Source of the DNA: Eledone cirrhosa
Taxonomy: Eukaryota
Assembly: GCA_964016885.1 (NCBI GenBank)
Contig: OZ024742.1
Span: forward strand, 9,672,001-9,736,000
Length of the DNA: 64,000 nt
Direction of reading: 5' to 3'
In this document: positions 20,541-35,457 of the stretch, piece by piece
Layout of the letters: each line of letters begins with the position of its first letter
Numbering within the stretch: position 1 is the first letter of the stretch
Notes under the pieces: model-generated
Database searches by the model: none
What the model saw: the letters and a program-made list of their open reading frames with translations, nothing else
Told to the model about the DNA's origin: nothing
Position numbers and translations under genes: made by a program

Positions 20541-21737
20541 ATTAATATGAAAAATGATAAGAAGTTTTTTAAAGAAGGCCTTCAAATCTCATATAGTTTC
20601 GGGCTCCAGCAGGTAAACATCTGTTTCTGAGAACGATATGGCAGGTCTGGTGATTTTAAATGTTCCTTGGAAACATATTAATGTTTGTTCTATTTATATC
20701 ATTGGGGTTTGGAATCGTTAATACAGTATTTTTAAGTCAGGAGACATTATTTCATTTCTTAAGAAAGACGAGACGATATATACGTTCCAAGCGTTCTCCT
20801 TATGCGTGCGTATGTTGTATGTCTTTTTCATGATCCACTTCATTATAAATACTAGAATGTATGTGTGTAAAGAACTCCCTGGGGCTTATGTAGTACATTA
20901 TAACTTACGACATTTTGACAGCCTTTTTAATGGCAGATTTGACCGCCATTCTTTCAACACAATGGGTGAGTGCTATGCATGAATTTGACTTTCACTGCGA
21001 TAATTAACTGTCCACCAATATTTGAGCTTTGCGGTGAGGGTGAAGCCTTAGATAACACCTATGCTTACATCATGAAAGTAAGTTTTTTCGAAGTGGATTT
21101 GACACGTAATGGTTGGCATAATATTTTCCTTAACAATTCAAACGAGAATTATATTTAGTCTGTATTGTATATAAATATGTGTTTCTTATAAGTATATATA
21201 TTGAAGTTTTGTTAGCATATCTATAATTATTTAACATTTTTTAGATGTGAGAGATTGAGGGCCCTACGTTTCATGGAAACGTCCATCCCGAAAAATGGAG
21301 ACGTCCATTATGGATACAGGTCTCAGTTTGATTAGAAAACACACAAAGCTGAATTGATAATCTGATAAAATATAAGTAAAATCAAATACGGTGGAATGTA
21401 GGATTAATTGCTAAACCTTCTGGAACCGTTGCCTGCTGTATCATACTACCCCAGATCCTCAAAGTCGATAAAACGCACAGAAACTAATTCTTGTCAGCAT
21501 CGTTCAGATCTTGGACTATGAAGCTACGTCAGACCTACACGATCCAACAGAAAATACTTCGAACTGAAGAAGAAAATATTGATTTGTGTGTTGTTATACA
21601 CATATAGATATATGTATGTACACACAAACATGCACATACAGATATACATAAACATAAATATACATATATATACACATAAAAACGTACACATACACACACG
21701 CACAAACACAAATACCCCTCCCCCCCAAAATTGTATA

Positions 21738-21802
<65 letters not shown>

Positions 21803-22138
21803 CGCAGTGCGGTTCATTAGTAGTATTGGAATATTGGAAAAAATGTGCCGATAACATTAGTTTACATTATATCGACTGGTGTATGACTTGTGTAGCAGAC
21901 AAATATACACATATTATACATACATACATATATATATACATAAATATATACATATATACATACATAAATACATACATAAATACATACATGCATATACATA
22001 TATTTATACATTAATACATACATACATATATTAATACATACTTACATAAATATATACATACATACATTTATTCATACATACATAGATACATTTATACATT
22101 CATACATACATACATACATACATACATACATACATACA

Positions 22139-22171
<33 letters not shown>

Positions 22172-22858
22172 TTATATATATACATAGATACAAAGAAACA
22201 TACAAATACACATATACGTATGTTTATACATTCATACATACATACATATATTAATACATACCTACATACATATATACATACCTACATACATACATATATA
22301 CATATACATACATACATATACATACATACATACATACATATACATACAAACATATATACATATACATACATGCATACATACCTACATACGTATATAATAC
22401 ATACACACATACATTTATTCATACATACATTCATTCATACATACATACACACATAATAGCTGCATCTCGGATTCAAGATTTGGCATCACGTGACACATGG
22501 TCTGCAGGAATTTGAGGTTTTAGCCAAAACAAGGACTTAGATTCCTTTCTGAATATGTTGCAGAAGAAAAGGCTATGCTTACGTCACATACGTGAATGTC
22601 GTTTAGATTATGAGATTCTTGTGCTTCACCCTTTCTTTAAGTGAAGAAAAGACATGCACTGGACCAATTCCACTCTGTATACAATGGTGACATCCCAAAT
22701 AAAGAACGGGTCAAAATCATTGGAAAACATCGCATCACATGTTTTCCATCAGAGTCCTCCTTCGCTTAGACTGACTTAATAATAAGGACTAGGGAAGTCT
22801 CACAACCGGTGGGCTAACCGTGTGGTCATACATACATAAATATATGAGTGTGTGTACG

Positions 22859-22904
<46 letters not shown>

Positions 22905-22909
<5 letters not shown>

Positions 22910-23400
22910 ATACTTAGGTTGGGTCATATTTGTGTAATATTGCCAGAATTAATAACAGAACACACTCACTGATTGGTTGGTTTTCGCTTTTCGCTTCTGT
23001 GTCTTTTATATCGGTTAATTTAATTTATTCGATCCTCAATGTCTACGCCATCTTTGTATCTCTACGCCAAAGATGGCGTAGACATACAATGCAACGGGAG
23101 GAAACAATAGCACCACTGACGATGTTGCTGATGTGCAACGAAAGAACTTTGATAGACTATATATATGTGTTTGTGTCTATATTGTATCTGTATTTTTGAC
23201 CATTGGTCAGTCAATGGCAACATTGAGGACCGAATAAATTAAATTAACCGATATAAAAGACACAGAAGCGAAAAGCGAAAACCAATCAAACAGTGAGTGT
23301 GTTCTGTTATTAATTCTGGCAATATTACACAAATATGACCCTCCCCAAATATAACAATATTTGTTTCGACACACGATTTCATATCAAAAACCTCGCAAAA

Positions 23401-23402
<2 letters not shown>
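22905..23402. mobile_element. Solo inverted pLTR pair of PLE family A (no ORF)
   Basis: 22905-23040 is the reverse complement of ~23220-23358; inner hairpin tgtctacgccatctttg/caaagatggcgtagaca; tail at 23359-23402. Confidence 0.85.
23107..23160 (+). ncRNA. Minimal hammerhead, family A
   Basis: atagcacca-CTGACGA-tgttgctgatgtgcaac-GAAA-gaac-TT-tgatagactat. Confidence 0.7.
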
Positions 23403-23460
<58 letters not shown>

Positions 23461-23768
23461 AAGGTATATATTGAGTTAGAAACTGAAAATAGTCTCTCAC
23501 AATTAAATAGCTCAAGGAAAGAGATTTTTCAGAGCCGTATCATAGAACTGAATATAAAAGAGAGATAAACATAGATACATACATAAATACATACATATAG
23601 TAATACATACCTAAATACCACAACATCGGGTTGTATTTATTTTCTTGATTTATTCTTAAATTGAGTCAAGCAAACCCTATTGTTCATAGTTAGTATCTTT
23701 TTCACCCTAGCGATTCTGCTCCGTTACGATTTGAACACATGCGTTTATCTCTCTTTTATATTCAATTA

Positions 23769-23810
<42 letters not shown>

Positions 23811-23871
23811 CGTAAATAAGAAAGTTATGAAAATTAAATTACTTACTAAAATTTCACTCCAACTAATTACT

Positions 23872-23940
<69 letters not shown>

Positions 23941-23949
<9 letters not shown>

Positions 23950-25806
23950 TATACAATTATCAAAGTTGTGTTCAAATCATTTAATAGCTGACAATCGTTT
24001 CTTCCAAACTCTCGTTTGGAATCACCGGGGCATTATCAATGTTTTCACATATAATTAACCTCCTATTCAACTGAACAATAATATAGATTCATATAAATTG
24101 ATGTTGTGAGCAAAAGTTTCGTATTTACAGGGTGGAATGGATGTGACATATATTTTACGAGTATTGTCTTCTGGAGACCCATACTATAATCTTTTCGAAA
24201 CTAGACCTCCCTAATAGAAAGTTAGACATTTTCCTCGTGCCAACACCGGTACCGACACTCGTTCCATAACTTTAAACCTAGCTGTTAGTATACAACAATG
24301 TCAGATTTAAATTCCTCACCACCATTAGGACTACACATCTAGGATTTAGCTGCACCCACAACCACATACCCTTCGACCAACTCTTTCCTCTACACAATTC
24401 CTATTCATCTATAACCTATAACCTTATGCTCTGCAATAACAGTTAGAATTAGACATAGAGTTACCACCTTGTGATATAACTACAATAGATTAATTATATC
24501 ATATACAGTAATAGATATTTGGTACTTGGTATGTAGAGACATTTAGTGTAGTATATGATAATAAACTATATATGCATTTATAAATGTATAATTAAATGCT
24601 TAAATTACACAACATAATAATAATATAATACACATATGGCATATCTATTATGACATATTAACAGTTATATAATCCTTCATAACATATACCTTGTCCAGCA
24701 ATGAATAGATAACAATCTAAAGAGACCTTTAATGTATGATAGTAAAATACACTGTATTTAAAATCAGGTATAAATATACAGCGTTATGTAACAGAGATCC
24801 AATGGTATCACATTATAATGTGTATTAGAACAAAGAATGTTAATAACTGAATTGAACTTAATTAGCTAGTTACCTCCCCTTACGCATTAGCTCCCCTTAT
24901 TCACTTCGGGAAATTAACGATTGAAAAATTTAACGGTTGATCAAATATAGTCTATAAATATGAATTCATTAAGACTAATTTACAATCCATTGCTCTAACT
25001 AACTTAAAACATTCAATATAAACATTAACTGAAATTTAATTCAGCATATGTCATGGAGAAGTCTGCAAAAACTGTATGTTTCTCAACACATAAATTCGAA
25101 CACCATCAACATTCAACATCCACCATAGACTCTAATACATTAACATATTTGCTTTAACTGCAGTATTTATTCATTTATATATGCATAATAGCTTTGCTTG
25201 TCTCCTTCTCATGCATATGAATAACGCAGTTGCACTCTCCAAACGCTTGCATATGAATTGTTAATGCACTCTTCCTTTCTCAAAACCACTTTCTCAATGC
25301 CTCTTTAATGATTGGACTATTCTCTTGTCTTATCTGTTGCATGTATTCCACTCCATGCTTTTGATTTTAATTTAATTTGAATTTGAATTTGAACTTGACT
25401 GTTTGTACAATTATTGTACAATACTCGTAAAACATATGGCACATCCATTCCACCCTGTAAATACGAAACTGTTGCTTATATGTATCTATGTATCTATCTT
25501 ATATGTATCTATCTAGTTATATGTATCTATATTATTGTTCTGTTGAATAGGAGGTTAATTATATGTGCAAACATTGATATTGCTCCGATGACTCCAAACG
25601 AGAGTTTGGAAGAAACGATTGTCAGCTATTAAATGATTTCAACACAATTTTGATAATTGTATCATTTATTTATTTTCCTGCTCTGTAAAACAACTGATGT
25701 TCATACATTGAGCTATTTCTCTTACTGGTAATAAGGTAATAAGAAATTACTAACCTTCCTGTTTATAGTTGTTTATACTATATACATAACTATAAATAGT
25801 ATTATC

Positions 25807-25808
<2 letters not shown>
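23941..25808. mobile_element. Element with ~230-bp inverted repeats (23941-24168 vs 25414-25672), each carrying a hammerhead
   Basis: Reverse-complement match seen directly; flanked by (TA)n; interior has no intact ORF. Confidence 0.7.
25572..25635 (+). ncRNA. Hammerhead with CCGAUGA core variant (inverted mutated twin at 23978-24041)
   Basis: gct-CCGATGA-c-TCCAAAC gaga GTTTGGA-a-GAAAC-gatt-GTC-agc. Confidence 0.68.
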
Positions 25809-25876
<68 letters not shown>

Positions 25877-26069
25877 TAAAAAAATAATGAATAAAACAAA
25901 GAAACAGTTCCTTATATTAAACAAAAAAAGTTCATTATTTAACGATCGTTTCTAGGACATTTATGTGTTAGAATTGGCATGCATATTCAAAAGATCTATG
26001 TACAAAATTATACAAACTATCAAGGAGAATATACATACCATCACATATATATGCTGTCTTCAGAAATAA

Positions 26070-26147
<78 letters not shown>

Positions 26148-26177
26148 GTTATGTAATAAACAACATAAGATAATTAT

Positions 26178-26238
26178 TTCATTTACCAGAGGTTTCGTGA
26201 AAGCAGATGTTAGATCTGTTTTCAGTCGTCAGAATGAA
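26178..26238 (-). ncRNA. Type-I hammerhead ribozyme
   Basis: ttcatt-CTGACGA-ctgaaaacagatctaacatctgctttcac-GAAA-cc tct gg-TA-aatgaa. Confidence 0.78.
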
Positions 26239-26689
26239 TAAAAAACATTGTGCTTTTATTAAATATGGATTTGAAAACAAAATTAAAGAAATATGAAAGT
26301 GAGGCTGAGAAAAAAACGGGCGAAGAAGAAGAGGGGAAAGGAAACAAACATATATATATATAAACAATATATATAAACAATAAATATTCAGAACATAAAC
26401 ATACACACACTCAACCACGCGCATATACTTAAAAAGTACGTAGACGTAAACTTTTTCACATAAGCTTATATGCGTCTACAGATAGGGACATAGATACATA
26501 CACATATATATACATGAAGTAATAAGAATAAATAAATAAATGAATAAGAACAAAAAATAAAAAGTCAAAAACGAAATAAAGACAAAAGGATACGTGTTGG
26601 CAACGATAAGTATGGGGGGGGGGGGGGGGGTGAATAAAAGCAACTTAAAAATAAACAAATACACGAGATGTACATATACATAAATATAT

Positions 26690-27165
26690 ATATATATATA
26701 TATATACATACACACGTACACACACATACACATTCATAAATACTCATACACACGTATAAAAATATATATATTTATATATATTTTTATATATATTTATATA
26801 TTTATAATATATTTGACTTAGGTGGTTAATACATACACACGTACACACACATAAACATGCATATATATATATATATATACATACACACGTACACACACAT
26901 ACACATTCATAAATACTCATACACACGTATAAAAATATATATATTTATATATATTTTTATATATATTTATATATTTATAATATATTTGACTTAGGTGGTT
27001 AATACATACACACGTACACACACATAAACATGCATATATATATATATATATACATACACACGTACACACACATACACATTCATAAATACTCATACACACG
27101 TATACAAATATATATATTTATATATATTTTTATATATATTTATATATTTATAACATATTTTGGCT
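26690..27165. repeat. 173-bp tandem repeat, about 2.7 copies
   Basis: Identical ORF-track peptides at 26744..26926 and 26917..27099 (offset 173). Confidence 0.85.
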
Positions 27166-28579
27166 TAGTTGGTTAATACCTTCTTGACCACTTTTTCAGT
27201 TTTGTATGGCATTTTAACATATATGTTTAGCTCTGGTTTTTTAACTATGGAGCGCTTGCCAGCATAACTCTGATTTTGCGTTTCGTTTCGCTTTTTCTAC
27301 CCGCCGAAATGCGATTCTCGCTGAATTTATATTTGTATTAATCTCCCGAGTCTTACAATTAATCTGTTAATAATTGTATTGACAGATTAATTGCATAAGT
27401 TTATTTTAAAACTACCTGGTTGAGTACTTATTCGATTTGTGCTTTTTATGCAATTTTTTGCATGATTTACACATACTGAATTCATTTGCCAAATTCTGGG
27501 CTTTTTTTTCCCTTGTGAGTTACGCATGTGCTTTTACAAAGCCCTGCGTCATTCAGAAAGTTGGCGCAGAGCAAAATACCTGTTGATAACGTGATCTTCC
27601 TTGTTCGATCATTATACCAAAAGCTTATAGTTTTAAGCAGACAGTATTAGGTGTCATAGATTAGGTGACAGATTTAGGTGTCATAGAAACCTTGCATTTG
27701 AATTTTACCATCAATTCCAATGGGGTCCAGGTCGGTTATATATGTGTAAATGTATATATATATATATATATATATATAACTTTATCATTTATATGGTTTG
27801 ACCTGTTTAACTTGACTTATTTTTGGCTTACGTGGTTAATGCCTCCTTGATCACTTTTTCAGTTTTGTATGGCGTTTTAACATATATGTTTACCTCTGTT
27901 TTTTTAACTATTGAGCGCTTGCCAGCATAACTCTGATTTTTCTACCCGCCGAAATGCGATTCTCGCTGAATTTATAATTATATATTTATAATATATATAT
28001 TTATATATATTTTTAAGTTGCTTTTATTCACCCCCCCCCCTCATACTTATCGTTGTCAACACGTATCCTTTTGTCTTTATTTCGTTTTTGACTTTGTATT
28101 TTTTGTTCTTATTCATTTATTTATTTATTCTTATTACTTCATGTATATGTATGTGTATGTAGCTATGTCCCTGTCTGTAGACGCATATATGTGTAGTAAG
28201 ACGCCTCACGCTCCTTGATAGAACAACGCCGGTTGAGAACGCCAGAAAGAAAAGACAGACAGCCACTGGAAAGCCGACTGATCACACGCCAGAAACCAGC
28301 CTCTGTACAACACCATTGTTTGTGCTACATCAAAAAATAAACGTATATTTCATCTCTAATTTCTGCTGTTGAAATAATTATTATGTCACTCGTATCTCGA
28401 TAACATCTATAACTAATACTGCTAAAGTGGTGACCGACGTAAGAATTTAACGCAGCCTTTCTTTTTCATTCAGCTGAACTTTTATGTGAAAAAGTTTACG
28501 TCTACGTACTTTTTAAGTATATGCGCGTGGTTGAGTGTGTGTATGTTTATGTTCTGGATATTTATTGTTTATATATATC

Positions 28580-28682
<103 letters not shown>

Positions 28683-28783
28683 CTTTTCCTTCTTCTTCGC
28701 CCGTTTTTTTTCTCAGCCTCACTTTCATATTTCTTAAATTTTGTTTTCAAATCCATATTTAATAAAAAACACAATGTTTTTTA

Positions 28784-28844
28784 TTCATTCTGACGACTGA
28801 AAACAGATCTAACATCTGCTTTCAAGAAACCACTGGTAAATGAA
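28784..28844 (+). ncRNA. Type-I hammerhead ribozyme (inverted twin of 26178)
   Basis: ttcatt-CTGACGA-ctgaaaacagatctaacatctgctttcaa-GAAA-cc act gg-TA-aatgaa. Confidence 0.78.
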
Positions 28845-28938
28845 ATAATTATCTTATGTTGTTTATTACATAACTAATAAGCTCTGTAGCCTACATAGAG
28901 CACTCTTCTTTCCTTTACCTTTCCGACGGAATTACTTC

Positions 28939-29009
<71 letters not shown>

Positions 29010-30160
29010 AACCAGTAAGACCCCGACAGCTGAGCTCAAGCCGTTTCGACGGCTAATTCTGGACGGCTAATATATATATATATATATTCCACAAAGAGAT
29101 TCACTGAATACTACATGTGTTGTTTCTCATAAAATATTGTCCCCTTCCTCCCTCTTCTCAATCTCTATCATTTTATTTCATATTTTATTTCTCATTCTAT
29201 TTTCTGATTAGATTTTAGTGCTCGAAACGTGAAGAGAATTTCCCTACTATATCAAGCGTTAAACTAATATATTTCTTCGTTGTACTGTATCGTCTGCGTC
29301 GTTATATCCGTTTACTTTCTGCATATATTGTAATGTATATATATGTGTATATGAGCGTGTGTGCGTATCTATATCTATGTGTGTGCAGTTGCGGACTAGA
29401 TCTAAAAATATTGGTTGCCAGGATATGGAGGGGGCCCAACTACATATAGAATGCTATCATATAATTTTTATAATGAATAAATAACATTTTCGAAAAATAC
29501 ATAAGTGGAAACAAAATAGTGCAATCAAATTTTAGCGGAATAATATCTTACTTTCTCCAATAAAAAAAAATGTATTTTGCGAAATCCAGAGACTTTCAAT
29601 AACGACCAGAAGTCGACCTTAAATATTACTAATAGCTCTAGGAAAGCCATGAACGACACCACATCTTTTTAACTTTGATTTTGAAAATAGGTTTATAATT
29701 ATCAATTTTCATCATACTTTTGTCTCTCTCTCAGTGGCATAGTTGGAGGAATCATAGACGGTGGTGATCAAGGTCTGAAGATCGATGCTGGTCGGGAGTA
29801 GGGTTCCCGGTAAAACTTTTCAGTTTTTTTTCTATTGGGTGTAAAATAAAAACTGAAAAAGGTTACATACACCTCTTGCTCAGGATTAAACCAAAGTTCA
29901 GGATCTCCACCGTCTCTAGTACCTACCGCTAGGCCACAGAGACAACTACGTAAATCCTATGAAAATTCATACTTATAATCCTACTTTCAAAATTTTCAAA
30001 ATAAAGTGTTCTTGTGTCGTTCATGACTTTATTAATGTTATTGCTGCTCCTACTTAAGGTCGACATCTAAATCATTTGGGTGTTCCATAAACCACATCCT
30101 CGTTTTGTTTCACATCTATCTATACTATATTTTAACCTGTAATCCATGTTTCATTTCTGT

Positions 30161-30238
<78 letters not shown>

Positions 30239-30797
30239 AATATAAATTAGCGAGAATTGTATTTCGGCTATTGGAAATTAGCGAAAATCAACTTCCGAGA
30301 TGTGTGACAAGCGCTCCATAGAAGCTAGTGAACTAGAGCTACAACATAAGCTAAAAGGCCAAACACACTGAGATGATGGTTAAACCATTATCTGCACAGC
30401 CATAGAAACGACCAAGTAATTCGGGTCAAACAAATAAAATATGATTGAAAATTATACTCGGACCCCTGGAAGGTTGGTAAAATCCAGCATTTAGGTTTCT
30501 GCAACTCCTAAATCAAGTACTGTCTGCTTAGACAAATAATGTTAAGCTTTTGGTAAGATGATTGAACAAGGAAGTCAATTTCTCAACAGGCTTTTAGTTC
30601 AAGTGCCAAGCCAAGGACTGACCGTTATCAAAAACCACGTGGGGCTCGACAAGGGGGACAACCCTTAGTTTTGGCGGATGATGAATTCAGTATGTGTGTT
30701 ATTATTGCAAAATTGGAAAATATCCCAAAACGAATTAAGTTCTCAACAGAATAGTTTTAAAATTAACAAAAGCTATTCACCAGTCAATAGAATTAAC

Positions 30798-30942
<145 letters not shown>

Positions 30943-31041
30943 CACCTTCACCACTAATTGATTTGACAGATGTCTTTAACCCATTGATATCAAATATTAG
31001 TTGGTCAGTAGTTGGTGTGTAAGTATATAAATATATATATG

Positions 31042-31910
31042 TACGAGATGTATAAAAACATTTCCAGGATTGATCTCACAAAAGATTTATTTGAAACCCA
31101 AGCTTCACACTAAGAGTTTTCTCCTTCAAATTAATCCCCCTGGAGTCTAATGTACTTGTCTATCCTTTTCTGCCACGCTTGCATGCACTCCTGGAAGGAT
31201 TCTTCCGGGTTCTTCCGCAGTTCTGTCGTAACGGCCTTTTTGATGTCGTCCACGTCTTCAAAACGGGTCCCCTCCGGGTTGTACACGAAGATCCATGACT
31301 CATCACCGGTGATGACTGTCCCTAGTAAGTCTGGCTCGGTTTCAAGACGCTCGAGGATGTCCTGACACACTTTTATGCGTCGACTCTTCTGGTCATCGTT
31401 CAGCAGTTTTGGCAGCATCTTCGCGCAGACTTTCCGCATGTCCAAATCTTCAGTGAGAATCTTCCAGACGCTGTTCCGATTCATGCCCAGCTCATTTGCC
31501 ATCAGTTGAACAGTCAACCGACGATCGCTACGCACCATCTGCCTGACGCGCTCAACGTTGACCTCAGTCCTGGTTGTTGAGGGCCTTCCGCTCCTGGGGT
31601 CATCTTCCACGTCCTCGCGTCCTTCTTTAAACCTCTTGCACCACTCAAAAACACGTGCTGCAGCAATGCCAGTGCTTCTGACGGAGTTTTCAAGTTTGTT
31701 CGTTGCTGTGTGCTCATTGCTTGACGACCTGAAACAGAGGACATGTATATAAAATTATGAAGAAAAAAGTTTGATCGCTGCAGAGAGCTAAGATTACAAT
31801 TACATACTCCAGGGGGATTACATTGAAGGAGAAAACTCTTAGTGTGAAGTTTGTGTTTGAAATAAATCTTTTGTGACATCAGTCCTGGAACGTTTCGGAC
31901 ACACCTCGTA
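31042..31910 (-). mobile_element. Internally deleted mariner transposon with ~105-bp TIRs and TA ends
   Basis: EDDPRSGRP, RKVCAKMLPKLL, TGDESWIFVYNPE; TIRs 31042-31146 and 31805-31910. Confidence 0.9.
31131..31610 (-). pseudogene. Mariner transposase remnant lacking the second and third catalytic Asp region
   Basis: YNPE is joined in frame to GTRFEDV; HDNA and YSPDL motifs are absent. Confidence 0.85.
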
Positions 31911-32243
31911 TATATATTCTTGTGTGTCTGTGTCTATATATGCATGTTTGCATGCATGCATGAATGAATACACTAAGCTTTAGATTTAGTGGAATATACA
32001 ACCACTGATTTGATTTCTAGTAATTCCCTGGAGAATTGGTTGACCAAATGCTTTGCTTAATTGTTTTATTAATTTATAAAAAAATTATTCTTTCTCTTAG
32101 ATGTCAGGTATTTTTTAAAGCAAATCATTGGCCCCCAAAATACTTCAATGAGCCCTGCAATGCTACCGTGGTAACTACTGGAGCCCACTTGCCATTGGGC
32201 AACCTGGCAACCTGGCCAGTTCTTCACTGTGTAACTGTGTGTG

Positions 32244-32281
<38 letters not shown>

Positions 32282-32442
32282 GATATACGCCCACGTATAA
32301 AAATACATACAAATGCGCACCTATACATATGTCACCGGTGATTTGAGAATGTAACAGCAATAGTTAGCCCAGGACATATCAATGAAGAGAAACAGCAGGA
32401 GTAATTTTCCTTTTTCCTTCATGTTTTTGTCTGTTCAACTAA

Positions 32443-32505
32443 TAGTTGTCTGAGGAGGTCGTAACTGTTGTATAACAGATATCATCGAAATATATATAAC
32501 AGTTA
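32443..32505 (+). ncRNA. Hammerhead family D
   Basis: tagttgt-CTGAGGA-ggtcgtaactgttgtataacagatatcatc-GAAA-tatata-TA-acagtta. Confidence 0.68.
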
Positions 32506-32675
32506 TTATATAATGAATAAAGGGGTAAATTCTAACCTGTTGACTTGTATAGTTATACTCCGGAGTATGTTGGCCTGCTTGAGTACTGCGTTGAGTGTTC
32601 TAGTCTGCATATAATAGTGTTGGTTGTCAAACAATCACATAGGTTACCAATCACTCACACACTCACACACACACT

Positions 32676-32704
<29 letters not shown>

Positions 32705-32707
<3 letters not shown>

Positions 32708-32906
32708 ACGAAGGGGGTGTGGTTAGGAACCAGGTAGACCATAAGGCAACAGAGTACTCGATACTTTGGGTAGTAGAGTTGGTAATAGGAAAAGGTTCAG
32801 GACCCCGACGGCAGAGCTCAAGCCATTTCGACGGCAATTTCTAGACGTCCAGAAATAGTCGTCGAAACGGCTTGAGCTCTGCCGTCGGAGTCTTGAACAT
32901 TTTCCT
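32705..32906. mobile_element. Family C fold-back element
   Basis: ccccgacggcagagctcaagccatttcgacggc..tagtcgtcgaaacggcttgagctctgccgtcgg palindrome, flanked by (TA)n. Confidence 0.75.
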
Positions 32907-32994
32907 ATATATATATATATATATATACAAATTAAAAAAATTAATAAACATTTATTGTACTGCCTCTCTGTTTTGTCCCTGTTCAAATTTTTCC

Positions 32995-33045
<51 letters not shown>

Positions 33046-34084
33046 AAATATATACATGAAAAAATATTTATTTAACATATCACTAATTTCACATTGATAT
33101 CATAATTGTACATATACAGAGTAACTATTCCACATATAAAGAAAAGAATCATGAAAAATTAATCTGTGTAAAGATAACAAAAGCTAAAAAAAACATATTT
33201 AAATAAAAGCCCCTTAAGTTTTTTGAAACGCTTCTATATACCAATTAATGATATATATGTGTTCATTATGTTTTATTGATATTTCCTTTCTGTTTTTATC
33301 AAGAGACATAATTAAGAAACTCTATATCGTGCTAATTAGATTTTGGTGTCGTCTGGTCTAATGAGAGATCTTTTAGTAAAACAGTTACTGCCATAGGTGC
33401 AAGCTAGCAAGATTGGCTACGAGAAGCAATGTATTTCATAAACATAATTACACAATTAATTTACACAGTGACTTATACGCACACATGCACGCACATTCAT
33501 ATGCAAACACACATACACACACACAGTGGTATTATAATACAAGGCAGGTAAATGTATAGAGATATTTGTTCCTGGTCATATCATTTCCTGGATACAAAAG
33601 CAACGTAAAATGACTCAAACTTGCCTTGGAAAGTGTGTAAAGACACATAGTTACGAGGGTAACATATTAAAAATTAACAAGAACCTTCGATATAGATACC
33701 TTTCAATAATGATTAATCTCCTTTGTATATATTCCATTGAAGTAATATATTCCACTATTAATCGGTGAATCATCGATGTTAAATCTTGGATAATCGGCAA
33801 ATGAGGAGATTCAACTATCTATGATTACACACTAAAAGCAAATCAGGGAATAACGACGAAAAGCACTTGTGGTTTAAAAAAAAAAAACGTCAAGCCAGTG
33901 GTGTGAATAGTCTTATCGACACCTAGAAAGATCAGCCGTGTCCTTTCAACATAAAAAGCTCGACTTAGGAGCCGTAAGGTTCTTTTGATATGTTACCTCC
34001 GTAACTATGTCTGTTTACACTCTTTACACATTGTCCCCTGTAATTATTTGATGTGTTTATTTTAATTTAATGTATATACATACT

Positions 34085-35442
34085 TTGGTAAAACTTTGTG
34101 AAATTATAAAACCAGAAGAACATACATACATCAACAGTGACATAGACCGCCTTTACTTGAAACGTAAGTAGGGATTCAGAGGTCTAACATCAGTCCAGAC
34201 AACATTTGAATGTCGCATCATATCTCTGCGACAACATCTACGAACCTCGAAGCGTAGGAGCCCGTCTCTCGAGCAAGGCTATCTGCATGAAACAGATAAG
34301 ATCATGAGAGTTGGGAAGGAATTCCTCGAGAGATATTCTCTGTGTGATAATCAAAAACTCACACACAGGGATGTCGCTCAGCAGTATCGCAGTGAATCCA
34401 TGGATGAAAAACTGCATGCCCATCAGCAAAAAATCATGCATGAATATATTGCCAGGAAGCTCCAGAGTGAGAGTAATATAGATAAGGAAAGTAGTCTATC
34501 TTGGACCAACAACCGCTATATTGGCTCCCACGTTGCAATCCAGGAACAGGAGATTATCACGAAATACCTGATTCACAAAAGAGATAGGGATGCAGGCAAA
34601 ACACCTAGATGTGATAACAAGTGCACACTCTGCAGAACTAACATCGAGGATATCACCCATGTCATCAGCAGCTGTCCAAAGATGTCATTGCGGTACTATC
34701 TACCTATGAGGCATGATGTAGTGACCAAAACACTGTAGAATGCAGTTCGTAAAAAAGATAGCCCCGATAATAAACACATTAAAAGCTACAACAATGTGGA
34801 AGACATCCATGAAAGAGTACTGGTGGAATGTTCCAGTAAAACCCCAATAAAATGCAGGCATAACAGACCAGATATTATGATATGGGACAGGGAGAAGAAA
34901 ACATGCACAGTAGTGGAAACTAGCTGCCCAGCAGATGCCAATATAATATCAAAGATTAGTGAAAAGGGAAATATTTATGCAGAACTGATGAGAAATCTGC
35001 AGATACTCTACCCTGAATACACCTTCAGATTTATGCCTGTGATTATTGGGGCACTGGGCTATGTTAGTAACTGCTTCAATACAAATCTTGAGAAACTAGG
35101 CTTCACAGGAACAGAAAGGACACAGCTAGTTAGGAAATTACAAGTACAATCCATTAATGGAAGAGTAAAAATATGTAAAACATTCCAAAAATGTTGCATC
35201 TAACAACTGCATTTACACATGTACAGATACAAAGCATATACACATGCACACATACAACTCAAAACATACACATCCACACATACAATAACATCCATATCTA
35301 CACATGCATACAGACATACCTACCTAGTTGATGTTGTGTAAATTCCAAGGAGAGAGTCTTGTGTTTATGTTAGAAACCGACTCTCTCTCTATTGGTAAAC
35401 ATTTGTGAAATTATAAAACCAGAAGAACATACATACATACAT
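34085..35442 (+). mobile_element. 5'-truncated R4/Dong-like non-LTR retrotransposon (zinc knuckle + restriction-like endonuclease), ending in (CATA)n
   Basis: SDIDRLYLKRK*GFRGL, AIQEQEI, CTLC..EDITHVISSC, RHDVV, RPDIMIWD..VVETSCP..K..Y, VIIGALG. Confidence 0.85.
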
Positions 35443-35457
35443 ATTTATATATATATA

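Noticed and set aside
29195-29240. Hammerhead-like ttttCTGATTAg..ctcGAAACGTg
   Set aside because: Core and stem II are damaged; probably a decayed relic and not counted.
29560-30095. Imperfect inverted repeats (agtcgaccttaa/ttaaggtcgac; catgaacgacac/gtgtcgttcatg) around a SINE-like stretch
   Set aside because: Too degenerate to define boundaries or class.
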